Assembly: GCA_964035545.1 (NCBI GenBank)
Contig: OZ037768.1
Coordinates: 5,860,741 to 5,924,740, forward strand
Reading direction: 5' to 3'
Source: Bugula neritina
Taxonomy: Eukaryota; Animalia; Bryozoa
Length of the DNA stretch: 64,000 nt
The notes under the pieces were generated by a model that was given only the letters and a program-made list of their open reading frames with translations, ran no database searches and was not told the origin of the DNA. The position numbers and the translations under genes were made by a program. This document shows, one piece after another, positions 26,508-40,100 of the stretch (positions are counted from its first letter, which is position 1; every line of letters begins with the position of its first letter).

Positions 26508-28874
26508 ATGGACAATCAGAAAATAAAGTCTAAGGCAAGAAGACGAAGTCTCTCAACAAAACAGCATGTCAACACCAGTAGTGAAGCAGAGTATACTGGT
26601 ATTACAACGCAGCAAGCGCTGATTTATTTCGCAATAATTTTAGCTTGTTTTGTGGTTGTTTATCCTAAAATGATTCATCCTATGCTTAAGTATGCATTAG
26701 GATTCCGAGAACCTCCTCCTACCGAATCTAAGAAATCAGGTTAGTTTTTCTTTGCAACTGATGAATGAGATACTGTGACATTAATAAAGTTAGTTTAATA
26801 CAAGTGGAATATGTTTGAGAATACATGATTCAAGTTTATAAAGTTTTTTTGCTAGGAGTATTGTGGTGGTTTCTGATTCTAGTGTTTGCTGTGAAGAAAA
26901 ACTTGCTTATTTTATAAAAAGTAATAATTTGGAGCTATAGCAACATTGCCGTATTTGAAATACTTTCAGGCTTCTAAAATAGAACTTGGTTGTACCTGTT
27001 AGTGATCCTGTCTTTATAACATTCTGAGTTATTCTTGAAATTTTAAGTAAATTGTTTTTGAAAGTTTTTGTAACACTACCTCTGCTATAAAGCTATAAAT
27101 AAATAGTAAATAATACTTAGACTTTTTTATTGGTAAACTCTGATTTGTCATCTTTTTAAGATTTACCTCCCCAAATATTAAATCGCGGAAAGCCCCCACC
27201 TGGGGTTGGTCCTGGGATGCGTTCTCAGCCCTATGGGAGAAGTGAGGGTGTGAATACTGAGACATCTAAGGGCGGTAGTGGTGGTGGTGGTGTTATGGCT
27301 ATGGTTTTACCCTTGTATGCAGGAGGCATATTTATTTACCTCATTTACACAGGGACAAAGGTTGGACATGAAAATTATTATTTGGAATTAAATAGAAAAT
27401 TGAGTAATTTTGGAACATTTTTTTTTTCTAGAAATCAACTGTTTGTATTGCAATACATTAAACACATGAAAAATACCACTGCATTTTTTAGCCTATAATG
27501 GAATTTCAAAATCAAATGTCGAGAAGTTTTCAGCCTAATATAATTTTTACTAGAACTCTGTAGCAAATGTTTATAGGCATATAAGAACCATGGAACAAAA
27601 AAGGTGACTAAAGATCCACACGAAGAGGTTTACAATCTGATAACGGAGAGGCTGGCCCATCTGGATCTGGAGAGAATCTTATCTGGTGAAGACAATGATG
27701 GTGCTGCTGAAATTAACAAACTCGGTGTGTGTGCTTGAACTGTCACTTGTTTTATCACAACACAAGTGGTATTTCTGAGAACATATTAAATCTCTCGGGA
27801 GAATATTGTAACTCTTCCTTAGATAGCAGTTATTAGATGTATGGTTTTAAAAATTATTTTGAAGTAATTATAATGTTCAGCATTGATCGAATTTATGGGT
27901 GAAACATTCCTGTCATACTAGGCACGTAAAATTTCAATTTGTTAATTTGTAGCTGGGATGCTAAGGGATAAGTATAACGGGGAGGGCAGGAGGGAGGACT
28001 GGTATGATGATTTTGAAGATGAGGTAGAAGTGACCGAGGCAGCGTCTGACGATGCTGCCAATACTCCAACTTCACCTGATCCTGTTACTAAACCCAGTTT
28101 GATCGCAGAAGTTAATCATAAAGATGACACGGATGAACTTCTTAGAAAGTGTGAAAATCATGAACACAGTGAGTGGTCATTTGACTCATTTAGCCTTAGA
28201 AACCTAACTTCAACTGCTTTACTAGTGTTTGGACAGCATGCTTTGTGATCACTTTGAATAATTTAATGATTGCCGATAAACTTAAACTAGAAGAATATAT
28301 GCTGAGTGCATAAATGTTTCGAATTTTGTTTACACTCTTTCATTTCCTCAGTGTTTGGTAATATGTATTTAGTAAAGTGACATTAGCTTAATTAAAATAA
28401 GTTGATAATTCTTCCAGCATCTTCATTTGTGTGATATATTCAACAGGAGTTTATTTCAACTTTTCAGTGACGCCTGAAGAAATGGTTCGTTTACAAAAAC
28501 GTCTTCTCGAAGTTGAAAGTAAAATGAACAAACTAGTGTCTGCTATTCAAACCGTACAGACCAAAGTATCTGATGTTGCTGAGGAAGTCATCGATGAAAT
28601 ATCCTCTCAAGAAAATGAGCACCACAGTTTAACCAATCACAATCACTTTGACATTACGTCTGCTGCACAACAAGCTGGAATAGCCGACGATATGGCTGAT
28701 GAAATGTCCGCCGAGGCCCAAAGTCTCAGTTCCTCCAATGGCGCTGTTGAGGAATTAGATGGCGAAGATATTAGCGGAGAGACAGACAGCAGTGATGGAG
28801 AGCTGTCTACTGGGTTTGATGATGTTGAAGGGGTTCGAAGGAGGCAGTTTCCTATTTCTCCTAATGAGTGCTAG
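26508..28874 (+). CDS. RIC3: Resistance to inhibitors of cholinesterase 3 (ER chaperone of nAChR/5-HT3 receptors)
   Basis: Exons 26508-26739, 27161-27360, 27577-27724, 27953-28168, 28468-28874 (~400 aa). First hydrophobic segment CFVVVYPKMIHPML, Pro/Gly-rich linker, TM segment VLPLYAGGIFIYLIY, then coiled coil LQKRLLEVESKMNKLV and an acidic tail. Confidence 0.88.
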
Positions 28875-29773
28875 GTTGTGTTCACATTGCATTCGACTTA
28901 GTTTCACATTATTCAACTCACTTAATGAATGCTGACGATTACGTTGTGTTTTTGCCTGGTCTACAGTGTAATAGTATATAGTAGCTGTATAACAGTGATA
29001 TTCATGTAATGACTTATCCGTGATATCATGTAATATATACATATATATTTGTTATTCATATATATACAAACTTACAATGCAGTGCGCTTTTTCAATTTTG
29101 AAAATTATTATTCTGATCTGATAGCCTTGCATATTTGTTGTATCTCTAGTTATGATGTATTGTTGAATAGTATTTATTGTTGGGTATTGTAGATGTGTTT
29201 TTTATTTTTGAATATTTTTATTTGATGTTGAATCTGCAGTGGATGTGTGTGAAAGAGAAATGTCAAAAACAAAAGCTTAGTTAGACATTCAATTAGGGTT
29301 AAGTTGAAAAGTATAAAAAATTTAGTGTTGGGCTTTACTTTCCTGCATTTTGTGTCTTTTCAACATTATTTTGTAAAATTCTATAAATGCGTTAGTTTTT
29401 AGTGTGTAAATAATTTGTGAACCGTCTATAACTTTTTGTGTGATTTTATCTATTTTTATTATGCCATAGGTGTTGTTGCATAATTATTTATTGCATTTTT
29501 TCTTTAGTGCAAGCAAATAAAAAATGCAACATTATATAGCCTAATTATGGGTTGGATAGGCTGTGTAAGTCGATAATTAGTGATCAATATAATATATTAT
29601 CATATTTAAGGGTTAATAAAAGTTCATAATTCAAAATAATTACTCATTGAAAACACATTACTAATAGAAGCCACTGTGCATTTTTTGACAATTTTATGAA
29701 CTTTACATGATCAAGTTGAGTTGGTAAATGCGTATTGATGTAATTCGAGTGTTAGGGAAGAGGTGCTAACGCA

Positions 29774-29858
29774 GCTCCAGTGGCGCAATCGGTTAGCGCG
29801 CCGTACTTATATACAGTATGAGATGCGGAGGCTGTGAGTTCGAGCCTCACCTGGAGCA
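29774..29858 (+). tRNA. tRNA-Ile (anticodon TAT) with 11-nt intron (29812-29822)
   Basis: GCTCCAG/CTGGAGC acceptor stem, A-box TGGCGCAATCGG, anticodon stem CCGTA/TGCGG, intron TACAGTATGAG one base after the anticodon, B-box AGTTCGAGCC, and a T7 Pol III terminator at 29862. Confidence 0.96.
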
Positions 29859-30307
29859 CGCTTTTTTTGTAAAAAAAATCCTAATCCTATATAATATTAC
29901 GAGCATATAAAATGTAAATATTATAATATATATTGTGCAGCAGCTGTAAACCGCTTTGAAACACAAAAACTCAGTGGAAAGAACATTCTATAATGTTTAA
30001 AAACACACCAAATAGCTTATAACAAGAATGAATGACCATACCTACTGGATAATTGTGACTAAATATTTTATCTGATTTGTGAAGCTGCTGCAACTACTGA
30101 AAAGAATTATCATTTAAAAATATATTATTATTATATATAAAAAAAGAATATAGGCCTAACAAAAATGCATTTCAAAACACAAGTTATGAAATACAGCATC
30201 ATAATTGTCCTAAAAGTCCAAATATGTAGAGTACAATTATTACTAAAATTCTTAGATGACAACATAATAATATTATATTAACTATGACAGATAGCAAAGA
30301 TCTGCAG

Positions 30308-30334
30308 ACACACACACACACACACACACACACA
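30308..30334. repeat. (CA)n microsatellite
   Basis: About 13 perfect AC dinucleotides. Confidence 0.95.
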
Positions 30335-31195
30335 TCAGAAATGGTCTTCTTGAATTGGAGTTCTAAAGGCTTGTCTTTTTCTGAATATTGACCAATTGTA
30401 ACACACTGTACTGAGTAGCACTTACAACAGTTAGACACATGCATGTCGTCACTCAAACCATAGCTTTGATGTTCAGATCATCCAAGCTTTTGGAATAATC
30501 TAAGGATGCAGAATTATAAGCCACAGGGCGGAATTGCACTCTTCTATGAAGTCTAAAATTTGTATCATGGCAAATAATGCAAAATCCAAATCTTGCTGAT
30601 TGCTATTGATAAATTCTGTCCATCAATTTATCTAGATTCTAGAAATCCCTTACCAATGTATGAAATACCTAAATTTCTAAAGCTTCAAACTTTATTAAAA
30701 GCTTAATTTAATAAAGGGTATTGATATGTATTTGCAAATAATGCACCACATGCAGCTTTTTTACCAACAATTTCAACTAGAATTTATTTCAGATAGTTCA
30801 GTAGAAAAAATTCCCACTAACAATCTGTTGTATAATAAATTAATTATAAAATCTACATATAGTGTATTTACTACACACTCAACTTGGTTGAAATGATACT
30901 TGATAATTGAACTATTTATGAATAAAAGATACAGTGGCAAAAAGCGAATATATCATATATAAATATCATATTATAGAGATATTGCACTTCCAGAGAATTC
31001 ATAATGGGAAAGACTTGCATTAAGCATTCGACAAAATAAAACTATGTTTCTGAGACTAGTGAATGTTTGTTCAAAAAAAGAAAGAAAATATGATTAATAG
31101 AGAAAAGCTATTTTACACAACCATAAAACAACTGCATATTAGAATAAAATGTTTGCACGATTTGTGACTGGCTTTGTGACTGACGGAGCTAGGAG

Positions 31196-34100
31196 TCAGA
31201 AGTGATTACTGCGCGACAGGTCCAACTCATTGTCGATTGTAGTGTGGTTGTTGTTGATCAGTGTTGCCGGCAATGTGGAGGAGAGCATGTCATTATCACA
31301 TTCCTCAGCGTCGTCATTAGTATTGGTAGGCGAAGATGTGCTCAAGTCTTTGCAAATTATTTGAGCTAAATCACTCATAGAATTGCTGTCGTCTATCGAT
31401 ATTTGCCTGAGTCTCCTCTCTATGGTTTTACCCAAAGCTTTCAGCTACAAAACAATTCACAGGCGTGGAGGTTGAAAGGTAGCAAAGAAGCAAGCAAGCA
31501 AACAGTCAGGAAAATGCTGGGGTAACTACCACACTCAAACTGGGGGTGGGCCAAGGGCTAAGCAGAGTGTGTACAACAATTACCATGTGCAGTTAATGCA
31601 TCACATCCAAATAGGTAAAGCCTGAAATAAACCACAGATTGCAAACTATAAAATAGTCTGGTCAAAAGATTTCAGTAACATGCAAGTAAACAGCTGTATT
31701 TGTTTAATATTGTGCAATCGTTCCTTCAACACCCTTGAATATTTCATAGAATATAAAGTATCTATCCACAGAGAATTATCAACTCATGCTCTAAGTACAA
31801 CCTAGCGGTGATTTACCTCATCCTCCTCCGCATCTCGGAGTTGTTCGCTTTCTTGCCGAGCATACTGCTTCTCCGGACTAGACATGCCAATAAAGAACTT
31901 AGGCTTTTCATTTAGCTCTCCGGGTGAACCATACACAAACCGATTGGGAGGGCTCAGTGTGGAGCTAGGGCTAGACGTAGGAGAATAATGAATGCAAGAC
32001 GTATCAATGCTGTCTGTAATGCTCGTGTATTCTGAAATATATAATTTGGAGAGTATTTACGAGGTGACATCAATGTTAATGTATTTGGTTAAATAGCTTT
32101 GAAGGCGAATGCATAAAAACTAATTACAATATCATTCTGCCAAAAATAATTCAACAAATAGTTCATCCATTGTGCATATCATACAAGAAGATTTCACTAG
32201 ATCCTTTTACACCTCAAGAATCATAAGATTCCTTAGGAATACGCAAGAATAATAACCCACCGCTTCTGATAGCAGATTTAACTGAAGTGAACTCTATCCC
32301 CATGTGCTCAGAGCTAAGCATCAGCTGACTAGCGTTTATAGACTGAGCAGACAACAGCCGAGGTGATGCCAGAGAAGATCTGACAGAGCGGGGAGACGAC
32401 CCTGCATCTGACACTCGACTACCTTTCCTTCCAGCCCCAGGGACTGGCAGCGAATGAACTGCGTGCAGATTAACATGATCACGATGAAAGCCATCTTCAT
32501 CAGTGACTGGCTGTAAAATTGATAACAAGCAACTAGTTTAGGACAATGAAACTGCCAAATGATCTCTAAAGATAGAGTAGTTTAGCAGCACATATAATAG
32601 TTTACACTGTGCTGTGTCCGCATTTGCAGCACAATGTGGAGGTACTGGTATTGAGAAACAATCAAACAAGAAAAATTCCAGAGTTGACCAATTCAAACTC
32701 ATCACATTATTGTGTTAAATGTGGCTGCATTTTTTTCCGAGTTGGGCTAATTAGCCACCAACGTGCTTTTCAGAAAAACAGATAAGCATCGTGTATTCAT
32801 TAGCACTCTTGTTCTTTACTTCATATGCAATACATGTATTCAGGCATTTTTGTTTTTCCTGCTGTATTTATTTATAATTTTCTTTAAAGTATGTATCTTT
32901 GGTCTCGAAGATATGTTGAACACAAATTTACCAATTGAATTTAAACTTACAAACTGCAAAAACTCACTTGATCATTGTCATCAAAATGCGCAGTAGATGC
33001 CTGTTTCAGTATACCGACATGTTGATCAGCTGACGTATTGTGAAGAGCCTCTTCTATAGATGGTAAGCCAGACAATGTTGTTGGTACGTGGGGAGAATCA
33101 TCAGTAACTTTAATTGTTAACTCTGAGAGAGAGTTCGGTGGTTTGCTGGCGTCAGCATAGCGATAACCTATATACAAAATAACGTATTTAATTATTTGTC
33201 ATTTTCATTATTCAATTATTAACTATTTGTGAGATAACACGTTGAATTACAAAGCTGAGTCCAAATGTATATCTATCCCAGTATATTTACTGGTACTATA
33301 AAACTCCAGCCAATATAACATCTCATCAAAACACTTCAGAATTTAAAAACTATATTACAAGCTTGGAAGAATTTATGAAAAGATGGGTTCAACATCAGAA
33401 GTTGCAAAGCTGTGTTAAACCCTGAATTGATAACGAAATGCACAGGGTTAGTTGAATAGTATCTATACTCAAGGTTTTGCTATATTTTGTAGTTTGCATT
33501 AAACCTGGGCAACTCTTAAGAAAATAAAAAGTGTGGGTTGGGGAAAGAGCATGTTAACGTAGTATTAAATATTCTGTCTTGAACATTACGATCAACACGG
33601 ATGATGCAATGCCAACATCAACCTTTCATGATACATGCTGAAATGCCAAACCAGCACACCATCATATCAAACCCCACCCAGACAACCATCACCTCAAAAT
33701 TCTTACCTATTTTTGGATCTAATCCCTCTGAAATCACAAAAACTATGTTAAATTACAATAATCAAAACATAATTATGCTGAAAAAATAGAAAGTTAGCAA
33801 TAGGCGTTATGGCCTAATACTAGAACGAATATAATATGAAAATCTCGATATAGTATACAACCTTCCTACCTAAAGAGGTCTTGATTGGTTTTAGCTCTTT
33901 GCCTTTACGCCGTTTAAGAAGGTTTGTTTTAGTTCCCCGATTCTCCGGAGACACTTGTACCGATGAGCGTATCTTTGTCTTATTAAAGCTAAGTCTTTTA
34001 TGTTGAATTTCAGCAGCATCACCACTGTAGCTGCGTCGTCGTAGAAACCCATTTTGTGTATCCTGCATCGTCCCTGGACACTCACTAGCCATGGGAATAC

Positions 34101-37100
34101 TGTCCGTGGAGTAGTGGATAAGAGAGGACGAGCTATTAGTCCTTGGAAAGGTCGCATAACCAGTAGATATGCTTGCAATACTGCTGTGCAGTTGTTGCAT
34201 TTGTCCAATATTCTGTACAGCTAAAATGTAAAACATATACCAAATTCATGACTATTTCTTCTAATGATCACATGAAAGGCGGAGAAATTGAGAACTGGAG
34301 AACAGGAAATAGAGGTTGACGACCTGATGTAGAGAGTCTTTTGAATTACTTATAAACAAATCTCTTCACACATCTTAGCTAGTCACATTTTGTAGATTTA
34401 TGAATCATTGTACTCTCAGAAACATATTTGGAATGACATTCCGTATAAACAGTGAGGCTACAGCAAAGGAAACCTTGTATACCGCAGGATAGGGTGTGGC
34501 TTTCAATACCTTAATACACAAATTAAAGCAAAGGAAGGGACCCTGTGGTGTATAGCCGCAGCCGTACCAGACGAAGGCTAGGATTGGCTAATGCAGTGGT
34601 ATACTATACATACTATTGCTATTTGAACTGTTATTTGACTTTAACTTAGAATTACAGTCACACCAATCGTCTACCCTCGCTTGTTTGTTGATTGGTGTCT
34701 GTTGGTGGTCTGGAAGAATTATATAATGAGTATCAAGAACTGAATCTTCAAATAAGTCACATGAGGTGTATATATTCACTGCTGATCCTTATTACTTGAT
34801 GATAGAAAACAATATATTTACATTGGTACGTGATAAAAACAACACCAGCTGTTGGACAAAATATAAAGCAGCCTTCAGCGAAAACTCATAGCTAAACCTG
34901 CAACACGCAATGATCCTAGCTTATATAGAGGCAGGCATATATTTCAAGAATAAATTCAAACCTAAATCCTCCAGATTTGCTATTCTCATTTCCATAGTCT
35001 GCATGGACAGTCTCACTTGATTCTCTTTCTGATTCATGTCTTCCATTTTCAGCAAAATATTTTCAACTCTAAAATCAGTTTTATCGAACTGCAGACATCA
35101 TAAAGAGTACAATTTAACGCAATTCTATTCTATTATCCACTTTTTGTGGCGAAGTTAGCAAAAAGGAAACATATTTATGAAAATGTAATAGGTCGAATGA
35201 ACTAAACCTATTCAATACAGGAGTATTCGCAGGAGAGTCACAAAATTAATTAAATAAAATGCTACAATGTTGAAACAAATACACCAGCAGCCATCATGAC
35301 CAACAGTAAGTATGAAGTTTAGTTGAAGATGTCATGCAGGAGCCTCAACAGATACAAATAATGACCAAAATTGTTTAGCCGGCAACATGCTTGGTGGTCC
35401 TAATATACTCATTGAACCTAGTTCCCGCTATTTGCCAACTTGATATTGAAATAAAAAATTATTTTGAAAGCCATGCAAGAAAATCTTTGACAGAATCATA
35501 TTATATAACCGGATATAATCTGGAAATATATGCAATGTTTTCTGCCAATATAGAAGGCAAATAATTGGAACTTTTCCAGAAAAAGAACAGAAGTAAACAT
35601 AAACGAATCAGCCACAACAAATAACATGAAAGTGGTAATATAGCGCACATACTTTTCACATGTCCTAAAACAATCCCATTCTAACAAATTTTATATTTCA
35701 TATATTTAATACTAACACAGCATCATTGGGCTACAAAGCGTCAAAAACAATAATAATCTAATCATTTTCTTGATTATAAAATATAAGAAGTTTTCCTTAT
35801 GTTTTAAACAAAGGCATTAAATAAATCAATTCTATGATTAATTCAACTATTTAAATTCCAAGCTACTAACAGTGAAAAACTAGTTCTCCGAAATACGCAG
35901 GATCAGGAAGTGAAAGCTCACCTCTCATTGGTTGCTTTGATCCGTTCCTCAGTTGATGACTCGAACTGCAGCTCCAGCGTGTTGAAGTAGTCGTCCACAC
36001 AGTCCTCTTCAAAGTCATGAACTTTCCGCACATCCTCGTCACTCAGGAAGAGCTCTGAATTAACCAGCAACACATTAATAACTGTGCGAAACAGTGCTGT
36101 CACTCTTTGGGATTCAGATATCATAATCCTATCACATTGCCCCATACTTTTGACTTATCAACGGGACGTTGATTGATCATAATAAATAGATATTCTATAA
36201 ATTAATACTCTACGTTTTGCTTAATTTACTAACTTTGAAATGTGTTATTTTCTGTTTTTATTTAGTTATTTTTCCAAGGTAATAGAGAAAAAGCTATTAA
36301 AAGTTTTCAGTTGAATTGCTAACATTTTTGAATAATATACTGATTTCACTTTCTCTCTCTATACTACTCAATTATATAACGTGTCCTGCACACAACAGAT
36401 ATATTTATCATAATCCTATACATATCAACAGGAAGTTATGACACTGTGCTAACACTACATAAAAACAACTCGCAACTGACACAGCATTTTAGAGCAAACA
36501 CCACTCAATGTAGTTTATAATTTGACATTGGATCTCGAGCTAAAGAGTTTATATCACAATAAGACATACTCAGCCCGTAATCCTGTATCTTTGGTTTGCC
36601 TTTGCATCGCCTCCACAAGCACTTACAGCCGAGATATATGAAGCTGAAGAATATAAGAGGAGGAGGGAAGAGAGGCTTCACTCCATACTCTATGGTCAAG
36701 TTATACCTCAGGAACATCCAAATCTCCTTAGAGTTCTGCACCGTCTTGGAGTATGTTGAACTTTACACATGAAAAAGAAGACTAACTGTTAAAGAAGATT
36801 GCATAACTTACACAGTACAGCTTACATAGTGCAGCTTACACAGTGTAGCTTACACAGTGTAGTTTACACAGCTCATGCACAGAGCACTTGATACACATGT
36901 CTTTACGCTAGCAAGATCAAGCAAACCCTAACATTGCAATGATGTAAAAAGTGTGCCGAATGCTGAATATAATATAACTTAACTTCTGAAAGTCCAACTC
37001 TTATACTGCTTCTTTATAGCAAATCATTTTACAAGGGTAAATAGCAATATGATCCGTGCCCATAAAATCAATCACAAAGTAAAAGCAAAATTTGAAACAC

Positions 37101-40100
37101 TCAAATTTGGAGGCTCATAAAGTAGGAGTAAGTATTCTAAGTCAGTACAGTAATTCAGTGATGCAGGCCAGTGATGCAGGCCAGTGATGTTATCTGAGCC
37201 AATAAAGTAGTACAGAGATAGCAAAATGCTGAGTCCAACAGCTAATTCACTGCATAACTGCAGAATATTTTGAAAACAAAGTAGAATAACCTGAGAAATA
37301 CAGAAGGAGTTGTATACTCACTTGAAGACGGCGATTAGAAGGTTGAGGAGCAACACATTGGCTACTAACAGATATATGGACATGATAAGAGGAGTTATCC
37401 ACCTTCCTGGGAGACACTCGTCTCCTTCACATGGTGCTGTCAAAGTGATCATATAATAGATTAGATACAATACAGTTACATGCATGCACTAAATCTTGTA
37501 GAATATAATATACTGTTTAATGAAAAATAAACGATAAAATATTTAACTGTGACAACTACAGAAATCTTGAAATTATTGCATTTAGTAATGTGTCTTTTTG
37601 AGTGTTACATTGTAGCTGTAGTTCTAGAACAAATAAAAAGTTATTTTCTCTGTTCCTCATATTTAGACGAGCAACTTTATTACACAGAGAAATTCAACAA
37701 GATATACTCGTTTACATGCAGAATAAATGTTAGAATAACAATACTTACGATCGATATCTGGTGCATAAACTTCGCCGTACAACATGAAATATGGCTCGAG
37801 GAAAACGTCTCTGAGAGAAAACCAAGAAGGCTCGTTGTAGGGGTTGCGTAGACCTTGCCGAGCCACACCGAAGCTCATTAGCACTATCAGCAGGATGACA
37901 ATGAAGTTGAGCATGTCCATAATCTGTAATGCATGATATGCGTGAGATAGCAACAAGCATACATCTACGCTTGTTCCCCACCACTAGCTGCAGTTACTGT
38001 ACCATAGAAACTTGTCAATAATTTTCCTGTTATATGTGTTTTTTCTTTTCTCTTCTGACCAAATATAACAAAACAAACAAGTGGTATTCATTCTACTGTG
38101 AATTTTCTTATAAATAAATGATCCAGGCATTGGCATTCATAGAGTTTGCAATAGAATTCACAAACTGCCACTCACACAATCAAAGTATCGGACATCACTG
38201 CCCCAGCATAGAGCTCTGGAGAAGAAAGTCTAAGGCAGGTAGACGTGAGCCAAGCAGGTAAAGTAATCTATATAAATAGAGTAAGTATACTCACCAGCTT
38301 CCCGACGATGACTACGAAAGGTCCCAGGTGTTTGCTGACTATGAACAGCTCTAGTATTTTGATATACCAGAATATGATGCTGACACAATACATGACTCGC
38401 CCGTACAAGAAGAGAATCTCATCAGATTGCAGTCGCAATACCACACCAGTCTGCAGTAAAACATAATTAAATTAATGTTGACATAATAAAACATTGGAGG
38501 AAGATATGAAATGTGGTTGCCACTTTTAAGATAGTATCTAAAGTTAGATAGTCAGGTATAATACTACAAAATCACTTTGAAGGGCACAGATGCAGTTCCT
38601 GTTCAGCTTAGATTATGGCTTCTAATTTGGCATTTGTGTTTAACACACATTAGCCTTATTTCAAGATTTGACAACTCCTTACATTGTGAATATCTATCCA
38701 ATCAAACACTAACCAAAAATGTATATACCGTGTGAGTCTAGAAATTTCTCACAGAGACAGTAAAACAATGTGCCAATTTATGACCAATTGTAGTGTGCTG
38801 GAATGTCACCACATCCACACTATAAAGATTATTTTCAGAAGCAAAGCAGCTCCTAATATATGGCACAGCCCAAGTTCCCATGATATATGGCCATTCCACT
38901 AGTTAGCTCTAGTCACGTAATCAGTTCAATCTAAAAGTTTCTTATCGTAGTATCTTGGAGCTGTTTGTGTGAATTATTACAGTATTGTTACAAAACAATG
39001 TAAAACTCTTAAAAATAACTACAAGCAACTTTGTTGTTGGAAATTAGATTAGTCAGAATCTAGCATGCAGCTTGCACATTACATAATAACACGTACAAAA
39101 CCTCAGATGATGAGTGAAAACTTACCCAAAACATGGGTATAGAGAAAACATCCATAATGTTCCATTTATCACTAAAATAGATGGCTAATTTGGTGCTAAG
39201 GTTTGTGGGTTCAGAAACAGCAATCTATAAATAATACACAGCACTATGACAATACTTATAAGAATAACAAGTAAATTGATAAATGTATAGAAAATTTTTT
39301 ACTGAAACGAAGAAACTATGTAAGCGTGGCTACCTCTCTAACTATTTCTATTCCATGAAAGAAAATGTACGCCATGACGTATATCTCCTTGGCACTAGGA
39401 AAATGTCTCTCCAGTTTTACTAAGATGAGGTACGTGTATAAACACATGAACACCAAGTAAAACATCTGCAATCAATAGTATAATAACAATGTGATTATAG
39501 TTATCATATAGAGACAATTATATATCAACATTAAAATACCTATTTAGAAATATCAATATAATATATATATTAAAAATAGGGCAGACAATTCTTAGATACC
39601 ACATGGTAAATTATTTTGTACGTACAGGCATGAGCCCAATAAATATAACATTTATTGACATGTTTTATTTTTTCTTTTAAATCGCGAAAACACATACTGT
39701 GTGCAGCCAGAACTTGGTAACTGGAGCTTTGTAAAACTCTGAGATTTTCTTTCCAAGCTTCAGCTCCTGCTGTTTCTTCCTCAACTCTCTCAGTTTGAGG
39801 AGAGTGTTGCTCTGTCCGATGTGGTTATCGGGCAGCTCAGCGGTCTTGAATATTGTAGACCCCATCTACAAAGTGCAACAAAGTAAACTCTACGCACCAA
39901 AGAAAGAAATTCAAAGCAAAGATTTAAAATCTTGATTATTGAAAGAGATCATTAGTTTCATAACATGCTCAAAATGAAAAATGCTTTGTAAAATAAGCCA
40001 ATTGGAACATAAGTGTATTTTGCAAAGCAGTTACATAACTTAGAGGATACGGGTGGGGGGGGAGGACCGGCCCTACCTCACTCTGCCTTTCTGAGTCGTC

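Noticed and set aside
31136-31198. Stop-codon readthrough at TRPM TGA-C
   Set aside because: The context is TGA CTC rather than the TGA CTAG motif, and the extension is short with no other support.
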